DNA of 63,071 nucleotides, counting the filler, from Aduncisulcus paluster (taxonomy: Eukaryota), in NCBI GenBank assembly GCA_024181965.1. It is 13 parts of 13 records of this genome, joined end to end, with 100 filler letters (N's around TTAATTAATTAA, not from the genome) between each part and the next. Parts side by side here need not be neighbours in the genome. Positions count along the whole stretch, not along the records: positions 1 to 8,893 come from BQXS01011753.1; positions 8,994 to 20,486 come from BQXS01011754.1; 11 more parts are not named here. The stretch is one strand, 5' to 3'. Both the position numbers and the translations under genes were made by a program. The notes beneath the pieces were generated by a model that saw nothing but the letters and a program-made list of their open reading frames with translations, did not search any database and was not told the DNA's origin. Below are positions 1-8,994 of the stretch, one piece after another; positions within the stretch are counted from its first letter, which is position 1, and every line of letters begins with the position of its first letter.

Positions 1-1326
1 AATGATGCACTGTGAAGTCAGCGTGGATGCAGATGTCAGGGTTAGCGAGTCGTGTTTGGGGTTATACTTGGGCTTGCCATCCTTGGGGTTATGTTTCTTT
101 TTATCCTTATGTTTCTTCGGTTTGGTGTCTTTTGGTCTTGGATCCTTATCATTTCCTTTAATAACAACTTCTTTCACAGGTTTTGATGGCAAAGACAAAG
201 TCGATGTGGGTGTCTTGGAGGAACTGGAAGGAACAGGAACATGAGTAAGAAGAGGAGGAGAGGTGGGAATATCATCACCTCGAAGGAAAACAACGGAGTA
301 GATCCTGAAACATCGACACTTCTTATTATACCACGATCCTTTCCCTTCAATCTCACACAATATAACATTATCCAAATCAATAGGAAGGAAGTGCCATTCA
401 AATATATGTTTAGGTCTTGTGAATTCATACTTCTTGAATGTCTTCTTACCATCACAATCAGTGAAAGTGAAGAGAAGAGAGGGTGAACTATAATCCTTAA
501 TCACACAGATATAAGCACCTTTCATTGGACTAGGTGATGAGAAAGGGATGGAAAGATGGGATAACCATACATCATCTTCCCCTTTCAACATTTTTTGTGC
601 ATCTGAACTCTGATCATACCTTTTAGATTCCTTACGATACACATCGTCCTTGCACTTAACCATTGAGAATGAAGGATCAACAAGCTTTAGATCAGCTCGT
701 GGAATGGGAATAGAATCTCTACCACCAGATTTATAATCTCCTTCCTTAACAAACTCTGGTTTCACAACTGGAGCTTCAGACCATAGTTTCTCTCTGGATT
801 CACGAGATGTGATTTCTTCAGGGGTTTCTTCTCTAATGAAAACAAGGGATTCGATATTAAAACACTCTTTCCTTCTTGCTTTCCCTGTAATCTCACACAG
901 AACAACATCAGGGAGGTCAACAGGAAGAAAATACCAATGATTTCCATAAAATTTAGTAAACTCGTATTTCTTGGATATTTTATCACCCTTTGAAGACGTG
1001 AGAGTGAAGATAAGGTGTGATGGAACTAAATTACCATCCCACAGACAGATATAAGCCCCTTTCATTGGGGAAGACGAAGAGAAAGGAATGGAGATATGGG
1101 TAAAATATCCATAATTACCCTCTCCTTTCATCATATATTGTACTTGAGAACTCTGATCGTACCCATATTCACCTTCTTCCTTGGTTCCATCTATTGCTTC
1201 GATAGTTGGAAACTCCGCACTCTTAACATTGGGGGCATCTCGAGGAATTGGAGAACAACGCCAATCTCCTTCAAAAACAAACTCAGGTTCCACAGTTTGA
1301 ATAACAGCATCTGTGGATGAACTCAT
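1..1326 (-). CDS. Lineage-specific kinase family member, N-terminal part (tandem ~190-aa domain x2, K/P-rich linker); 3'-partial
   Basis: Manual translation from ATG 1326 (MSSSTDAVIQTVEPEFVFEGD...) is open to the window edge (...LTSQCII) and is not in the ORF track. It is a close paralogue of 57596-59045, which continues into IGSGGFGEV...LKK. Confidence 0.85.
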   Translation of the reverse strand, partial: MSSSTDAVIQTVEPEFVFEGDWRCSPIPRDAPNVKSAEFPTIEAIDGTKEEGEYGYDQSSQVQYMMKGEGNYGYFTHISIPFSSSSPMKGAYICLWDGNLVPSHLIFTLTSSKGDKISKKYEFTKFYGNHWYFLPVDLPDVVLCEITGKARRKECFNIESLVFIREETPEEITSRESREKLWSEAPVVKPEFVKEGDYKSGGRDSIPIPRADLKLVDPSFSMVKCKDDVYRKESKRYDQSSDAQKMLKGEDDVWLSHLSIPFSSPSPMKGAYICVIKDYSSPSLLFTFTDCDGKKTFKKYEFTRPKHIFEWHFLPIDLDNVILCEIEGKGSWYNKKCRCFRIYSVVFLRGDDIPTSPPLLTHVPVPSSSSKTPTSTLSLPSKPVKEVVIKGNDKDPRPKDTKPKKHKDKKKHNPKDGKPKYNPKHDSLTLTSASTLTSQCII

Positions 1327-3756
1327 TTGACTAGAGATAGAATTTCTTATCTATAAAAAATAAAAACAAGCAGAATAATGAATGAATCCGGTTAAAATAT
1401 TTCTTAATATACATTTAATAAAAGATATGACATATATTAAACATACAATTTGCTTGTACGAGAAAAAATGGAGGACTGAACAAGCAACCCTTCAATAGAT
1501 AAGATTGGAAAATTTAAAAAAAAAAACACATATAAACGAGTAAAATGCTGGTAAATGATAAAAACATGTTTTATTTTCATTTCCATGCCATGGTGTTTAT
1601 TCTCGATATCTCAGGCTTTTGGAGAACCCTCAGGACTGGATATAGTTCCATTTCACGTGTTAAGAACATTTATGAACGATTTCAATGCTATTCAATAACA
1701 TGGATATATTTCCATTTCATTTCTATCCTTATCCTTGCCTTTCTGTTTCGTGTTCATTTTCACTTGCTTTTGCTTACAATCAAAAATATCAAGAACTCGG
1801 AATATGATGGTATACATATGTCTGTATACTGCTACGAATCTGATCCCCTGATGCTTCATGGAACATGACATTTTACCGCAGTCAAATCCAACTCCAACTC
1901 CAACTCCAACTCCAACTCCAATGCCAGATCCTGATCATCTGATACATTTAATACTGAGCTTTGTGCTATTTCACCCCAGATTGACAATGTGACAATCATG
2001 GAAAGTGATATCGGAGGTTTTGAATTTATTCTCTATTTCTCTCTTTCTTTATTGATATGACGGCAAAACTCTGCTTGTGAAAAGAAATAAACGGATCTCC
2101 TTCAAAAACAAACTCAGGTTCCACAGTTTGAATAACAGCATCTGTGGATGAACTCATTTGACTAGAGATAGAATTTCTTATCTATAAAAAATAAAAACAA
2201 GCAGAATAATGAATGAATCCGGTTAAAATATTTCTTAATATACATTTAATAAAAGATATGACATATATTAAACATACAATTTGCTTGTACGAGAAAAAAT
2301 GGAGGACTGAACAAGCAACCCTTCAATAGATAAGATTGGAAAATTTAAAAAAAAAAACACATATAAACGAGTAAAATGCTGGTAAATGATAAAAACATGT
2401 TTTATTTTCATTTCCATGCCATGGTGTTTATTCTCGATATCTCAGGCTTTTGGAGAACCCTCAGGACTGGATATAGTTCCATTTCACGTGTTAAGAACAT
2501 TTATGAACGATTTCAATGCTATTCAATAACATGGATATATTTCCATTTCATTTCTATCCTTATCCTTGCCTTTCTGTTTCGTGTTCATTTTCACTTGCTT
2601 TTGCTTACAATCAAAAATATCAAGAACTCGGAATATGATGGTATACATATGTCTGTATACTGCTACGAATCTGATCCCCTGATGCTTCATGGAACATGAC
2701 ATTTTACCGCAGTCAAATCCAACTCCAACTCCAACTCCAACTCCAACTCCAATGCCAGATCCTGATCATCTGATACATTTAATACTGAGCTTTGTGCTAT
2801 TTCACCCCAGATTGACAATGTGACAATCATGGAAAGTGATATCGGAGGTTTTGAATTTATTCTCTATTTCTCTCTTTCTTTATTGATATGACGGCAAAAC
2901 TCTGCTTGTGAAAAGAAATAAACGGATCTCCTTCAAAAACAAACTCAGGTTCCACAGTTTGAATAACAGCATCTGTGGATGAACTCATTTGACTAGAGAT
3001 AGAATTTCTTATCTATAAAAAATAAAAACAAGCAGAATAATGAATGAATCCGGTTAAAATATTTCTTAATATACATTTAATAAAAGATATGACATATATT
3101 AAACATACAATTTGCTTGTACGAGAAAAAATGGAGGACTGAACAAGCAACCCTTCAATAGATAAGATTGGAAAATTTAAAAAAAAAAACACATATAAACG
3201 AGTAAAATGCTGGTAAATGATAAAAACATGTTTTATTTTCATTTCCATGCCATGGTGTTTATTCTCGATATCTCAGGCTTTTGGAGAACCCTCAGGACTG
3301 GATATAGTTCCATTTCACGTGTTAAGAACATTTATGAACGATTTCAATGCTATTCAATAACATGGATATATTTCCATTTCATTTCTATCCTTATCCTTGC
3401 CTTTCTGTTTCGTGTTCATTTTCACTTGCTTTTGCTTACAATCAAAAATATCAAGAACTCGGAATATGATGGTATACATATGTCTGTATACTGCTACGAA
3501 TCTGATCCCCTGATGCTTCATGGAACATGACATTTTACCGCAGTCAAATCCAACTCCAACTCCAACTCCAACTCCAACTCCAATGCCAGATCCTGATCAT
3601 CTGATACATTTAATACTGAGCTTTGTGCTATTTCACCCCAGATTGACAATGTGACAATCATGGAAAGTGATATCGGAGGTTTTGAATTTATTCTCTATTT
3701 CTCTCTTTCTTTATTGATATGACGGCAAAACTCTGCTTGTGAAAAGAAATAAACGG
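1264..3756. repeat. 831-bp tandem repeat x3 (first 21 codons plus upstream region of the kinase gene; contains (CCAACT)n)
   Basis: Units start at 1264, 2095 and 2926; identical 107-aa ORFs at 1545, 2376 and 3207 give a period of 831. Confidence 0.95.
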
Positions 3757-5099
3757 ATTTCCTTTCAAAAACAAAATTTGTTTGTTATATAAATGTATCT
3801 GTAAGAAAAACTATAAATTTTGGTTAATAGTATTAACTTAATTCAGAGTTCAACCTGGAAAGTTTCCAGACACTGTATGTGTAACGTAACGTCATGTATT
3901 CGGTCTGGGATCAGTTTCCAAAGTCATTTCATAATCCTTGAGATAGCACAGCTCTCTGCGACATAATGCACGATAGGGTCGTCACTGGGTGAATTCTACT
4001 GTTTATAGAACTCTCCTCGTCCGGATTTGTTGTCTCTTCATCTTTTCCTGGGGATCTCAAAGGCTCAGATCCACTTTTGCTTTGTTTGGAAATATTTGTG
4101 ATCATAGGTTCTGAGATTCTGGTTCTGGCTGAGGTGCTACCTCCGGGAGGTTCTTCTTCTTCTTCCCCCTGGGTTGAATGATTAGGTTCACCATTCATTG
4201 GTATTGGAAAGAAACTCTACTTGTGATAACTCCTCCATCTCCTCATGTATAATATCCACAACACCTGACTCCATGCACGACTCGAACTCTGTGTCCTCGT
4301 CCGAGTCTTCACCCGGTTGGTGTAAGAGCTTATTTCGGCTTTTGGTGCTGCCGGTTCTCCTTTTCTCTCCGGGTTTCCGCTCAGAGTCAGCAACGACTGA
4401 GGCCTCCTCCAATTTTTTCTCAGTCTTCGAACTCTTTCGGTCACCTGTTACAGTTTCCGAGGGCTGGTCACCACATCATTAGGTTTGTTCTTTGTCACAA
4501 ATGTTGTATCAAGAAAGCTCACCATTTCACTTTCCAATACCTCACCAGGGTCTTCTTCCTTCTTCTCTTTCGTCTCTCCTTACGGTGATCGCATGTCTGT
4601 GTTCTTCACTCACCCTCTGACTTTGACTCTCGACTGCTCGACTGTTGGCACTTTAAACTTATCCTACTTTGCATTTGTCCTGTTGGATTCCAGGGCTTTT
4701 CACATTGTGAGGTTCATGTACTATATTGTGTTTGTGGGTTCTGACTTGTTCGGTATCAGGTCGGGGGTTGGGAGTTGGGGCAAATTCGACCGCATATTCT
4801 TCACCATCCTGAGTGTAATCAACGTTATGGCAGGCTCTCCGCTAGATGGGTCTTTGGTCCTTGGCTCTGTGGGATTTTCTTCTGTGTTTCTGTTACAGCA
4901 CAACACTTTCTCCCAACCCTGTTTCCCTCAGGATTGTCATGACCTTTCTTCTCCTTCTTCTTGGTCACTTCCTTTCACAGGGGGTAGTTAGCACGTTGAA
5001 TTCCACTCGAACGTTTCTGCGAACGTTTCTAGTACAGTATATAATACGGTTTTGTTGTTGGGATGGCATAGCCTTTCTTCTCAGGGATATCAAAGATTA

Positions 5100-6480
5100 C
5101 CGTGTTCTTCGTATCTTTGTTATCGGTATACACGTAAGGACAATCTGTCGACAGTTTGAATAAGGTTCAGTCTATAAGTGGCACGCAATACTTAACTATA
5201 CTATACCACAACAATCCTATATTCCTTTTCGCAGCATACACCCTTATCATACTGTTCTCGGCTATCCTCGTAAATGCTTTTTGGTTCAGTATTCAAGTGA
5301 ATTTCCCATTCCTTGTGGTTATTACAAAATCCAACACTCTCCTCTTTGGTTGTTGTGATTTTGTTTTACACTATCAGGTCTGGTCTGGAACCTTCTAATT
5401 TTTGCACGCAGTATACTGTACTATAGTACTTCGATGATTCCTTCTACTGTACTTTGACATTCTTCGCCTCCTTGCAGGAGATACGTGTACTATATCTACA
5501 CCATCTCTTCTCCAGCATCTGATGTCCAATCCTCCTCCCAGCCATTTTTGACTAAAGTAGTGAAGTACATACACGGTGGTGTCCTGGTCCCATGTATTTA
5601 CCACAAACATGCAGTATAGTACAGTATAGTGCCACAAACCTCACACAACTCTCCGACCTTTGTGGTTTCCATGCTTGTTCTTGTTCCCAGATGAGCACCT
5701 AACCCTGCGATGAACACGCCTCTTCGACTACGTCCTCTCCCTTCTCTCCCACTTTCAGAAGTCCTACTCTCAGAGTACTATAGTATTGTGTCCTTTCCTT
5801 GACAGACGGGTGTCATACATTTTGAGCATTCCATCTGTGCACAGCATGGCGTTTAAGCACTTGTATTTTTGTTGATTGGCCTTTAGACACAAGTACTGAT
5901 GTTGGGAATAGTAACTTTTGTCACCTACCCACTTGTGTTTCTCGGCTAGCTGTGCTTTGGTTTCCACCAGCATCTTGTAGTAGTAGCTTGTTGTAGTAGT
6001 GCTCCACTCATTTTCTTCCCCGCCTTACGTCCTCTCCAGATCTCCTTGAAGCAGTTCTTTGTATGTTGTATGTTGTATGTTGACCAGACACTCCCCTGTT
6101 GCGTCTTGCGTATAGTATACTGTGCTATTCCGTACTTAGAATAAATGCAGGTCCAGTACAAGTTGTAATGCAGCTGGGTGATCGCCTTCGAACCACTTTC
6201 TCTCTCGTTCCTGCTCAGAAGTCTGCAGATGTTTGGGTTGTTGCACATCCGATTCCGTTCCATTCTGATTGACATTTGGACTTGGTTCTTGTGAATTCCA
6301 TCAAGTTCCAAAGTGGATACTATACAATGCAGTCAACAAAGTTCTTTTTCATATATGCCGTTCTGTCTGTCCTCTTTGATCTCAGGAATATTCTTCCATT
6401 GTATGTACTGTTCTACTCTCAGCTGATAGTCTTGTATGATGGAAGTCCTTCAACCAAACATATCAATGGGCTGGACCAAT
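5100..6480 (-). mobile_element. Degenerate RLE-type (R4/NeSL-like) non-LTR retrotransposon, RT domain 7/thumb, CCHC finger and RLE endonuclease
   Basis: Frameshifted translation gives SYK(Y)(L).VEQ at ~6439-6410, GVFIAG..HLGTR...ELCEVCG..H at ~5720-5605, and LEGSRPDLIV*..(fs)RVLDFVIT...VYAAK at ~5398-5225. Many stops and frameshifts. Confidence 0.7.
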
Positions 6481-6559
6481 GTAGTTGGAGAGCTTTCTTT
6501 GTTTGTTCTTCGTTTGTTTCATGAATTCTCGTCAAACAATTTCGTCATATCCAATTTCC

Positions 6560-7400
6560 TCCTCCTTCGCATCTTCCGACCTACCATTATTACACCCATG
6601 TGCTTTCAACAAACTCTTCTTCACCTACTCCCTCAAGCATCTCCTCCTGGGAAGATACTTCTGGGAAGATACTTCTGATGCATCGAAGTGTGTCCCTGGC
6701 TGATCTACTTACTATATTTTGTCGGGATTAAAGGTCAATCATCTTCTTTTGCAAGTGTATGTAGACTGCAGTTGAATACTTCGTTCTATACTTTTGCAGT
6801 TGAGTTAGAGAAGTAATTACTATTATTATTAGAAATATATAGTATATATCTTCAAGGGGATGCAAAACAACTTGTCAGATTGATTCTTTCTGGGGTTTTC
6901 CATCTTCAGAGCCATGTTTATCATGACATGGAGAAACTCAGTGAACTCAAAGGATTGCCCACGAGGGAGTCCTATCTATAGTACAGTATACTATACTTGG
7001 ACAAACTACTGTTCTGTACAATACTATACTCGTTTTTGTGCTCATGAATCTGGCAGTGACATTTTCTGTAGGTATCGTTGTCACTACCTTTAACCTACGA
7101 TGTTAACTGGAAGGACCTCCTCCAGAACTCTTGCGACAGAGCTGTGGTTTATACGTGGTGCTTTATGCTACTATACTTTAATGTCACAGGTGTGAGAACA
7201 CAGTGATCAGCTGGTCTCTTGTCTTCTTGTCTTCTTCGTGATTTCTCTTGACAACACATAGTACAGCCAACTGCTTGGATTCAATCCATTGCAAGTTGCA
7301 AGGCTGGCTGTCACCCCCCAACTGACACCTACTCCCAAACTATCCTGCACTGTACTGCACTGTACTGCACTATACTGGATATAGGGCAAGCAGAGAAGAA
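6560..7400 (+). mobile_element. Degenerate non-LTR reverse transcriptase, domains ~1-6 (inverted relative to the adjacent RLE half)
   Basis: Motifs in order: FRPTIIT(fs)CAFNKLF (~6574), VGIKGQSS (6721), FAVELEK*, GDAKQLVRLI, KGLP(fs)RGSPI..LYLDKLL (6949-7011), LGFNP (~7275). No intact YADD was seen. Confidence 0.55.
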
Positions 7401-7475
7401 TGTGAGAACGACTTTGAAAACCCCAAACTGAAGAAAACCAGAAGCTAGTAGCTTCTCTGCCAATAAGTCGATGAT

Positions 7476-7590
7476 ATATTCACAATATTCATAGATTTCA
7501 ACTGCAACTTATCGGCATATTTTGTCACTTTATAATCCAATATGTAAACAAAACTCGGGACTGATGAAACGATTTTATGTCTAGGAGTGG
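7476..7590 (+). repeat. ~115-bp dispersed repeat, second copy at ~57095-57208
   Basis: TATTCACAATATTCATAGATTTCAACTGCAACTTATCGGCATATT...AGGAGTGGAT is nearly identical at both loci. Confidence 0.9.
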
Positions 7591-7609
7591 ATCTCCTAGC
7601 GGAGTTTAG

Positions 7610-7677
7610 AAAGATAGTGTGACACTGAAGATAGTGTGACACTGAAGATAGTGTGACACTGAAGATAGTGTGACACT
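7610..7677. repeat. 17-bp minisatellite x4 (GAAGATAGTGTGACACT)
   Basis: Four direct tandem copies with no spacers. Confidence 0.95.
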
Positions 7678-8394
7678 CAAAGATGTAGGTGATGTAAAAA
7701 GAGAGCTCATAGGATCATAACCTCAGGGAGGCGTGTGGAAAGAGCATGAGCAGAGGATCTATAGAGACCATAGAAGTGCTAGTATCACCTAGAAAAACAA
7801 AGATATTCCAACTATCTACAACAAACAACGATAACCTACAAGATACACACGAACTAGGAGTAAAAAAAAGGAAATATGTGACGGAAATGGGAGACGGTGA
7901 TTGTGGATAGTTTCTGAAGTGTCATAGCCACTGGCAGCGAAACTGCATTGCAATGGAGCTCATAGGATTGACGATTCAAAGCATTGCCATAAACAAGGTA
8001 GTTGTTTTCTTCACAGTTACCCTTGGCGGGGGCTTCTTCAATGAAGAATCTTCATCAGGAGTAATTAAGCGATCATCAGGAGTGATTAAGCGATCATCAT
8101 GGATTGGAATGCTATAAGACAGGGCGTCGAAGTCGGGAGAACCATAAAGCGAAGAACTTGTCAAAATTGATCCAAGACACCGAGTCCATTTCCCACCCAA
8201 CAAACAGATCTCTGCACACTATAAGCACGATAAGCACGATAACTACCATAAGCACCATAAGCACAGCCTTGCTCTCGTGGTGGACACTGACAGCCCCTGT
8301 AATCACCTTCAAGGGCAGCCTCAAGCCACCTTGCATACTCAACACACTGGTCTGGCCTGGGAACGTTGGCAAGAGAGAAGAAAGAAAGAAGCCA

Positions 8395-8893
8395 TGGCGA
8401 TGTCTTGTTCCACCGACAAACGAGAAGGCTTTCAGCTCAATGAAGCATGGAGGTCCCAAACGAATGAGTTTGACATACCCAGGAATGTCTTCACGACGGC
8501 AATTCAGCTTCTTAATGACAGTGATTCGGATGGCTGTCCTCTCTTGACGGGTGGATAAAATGGACAGACTCTCGTTCAATCGGTGCCAGGCGTCAGTTTT
8601 GCCGACATAGGGACAGTCGATTTCGGCTAATGTGTCCGGGCCAGCAGCGTCAACAGAGAGGTACAACTGGGTGACAGGGGGGAATGGCCTTGAGTTTCTC
8701 GGGGAGCTGGGAGTTCGAAACGAGGAATGTGCTCAACTTTCTGCGGTGTAGCTCGAGGATCAGTCCATTGATTTGAGGGTATAAAAGAGATTCACCGACA
8801 AGGGAGAGGGCGATGTGACGGGCTTCATGGGCAGACTTCCACAAACTTCTTCGTCGAGTCCAGGAACTCCCCTCTTGGCATGGACGAGAGAAC
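8395..8893 (-). pseudogene. TYW1: tRNA 4-demethylwyosine synthase (radical SAM) C-terminal fragment, frameshifted
   Basis: GVPG...RHIALSLVGE..LYPQIN...LH.RK.STFLVSN.Q.PE...VTQLYLSVDAA...RTAIR.T..K..N...FIELK matches TYW1. Frameshifts at ~8845 and ~8680 (C-run); similarity is lost after FVGG. Confidence 0.85.
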
Positions 8894-8993
8894 NNNNNNN
8901 NNNNNNNNNNNNNNNNNNNNNNNNNNNNNNNNNNNNNTTAATTAATTAANNNNNNNNNNNNNNNNNNNNNNNNNNNNNNNNNNNNNNNNNNNN
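8894..8993. other. Artificial contig spacer N44-TTAATTAATTAA-N44 (also 20487-20586, 23055-23154, 25626-25725, 35867-35966, 39953-40052, 41787-41886, 43980-44079, 46551-46650, 56902-57001, 59046-59145, 61041-61140)
   Basis: Identical 100-bp linker with six-frame stops, present 12 times. Confidence 0.99.
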
Positions 8994-8994
8994 G

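Noticed and set aside
2057..2085. SECIS-like ATGA...AAA...TGA
   Set aside because: Helix II is too short and there is no upstream selenoprotein ORF on that strand.
1545..3530. Three identical 107-aa ORFs
   Set aside because: By-product of the 831-bp repeat in AT-rich upstream DNA; no recognisable domain.
7561..7612. Hammerhead or C/D-box reading of CTGATGA...GAAA
   Set aside because: Stems do not fit the hammerhead core, and the second copy reads CTTATGA.
7610..7677. CRISPR-like array (also 62668-63071)
   Set aside because: No unique spacers, no cas genes, eukaryotic context.
8938..8949. Recurrent palindrome TTAATTAATTAA
   Set aside because: Artificial concatenation linker between N runs; synteny across it is meaningless.
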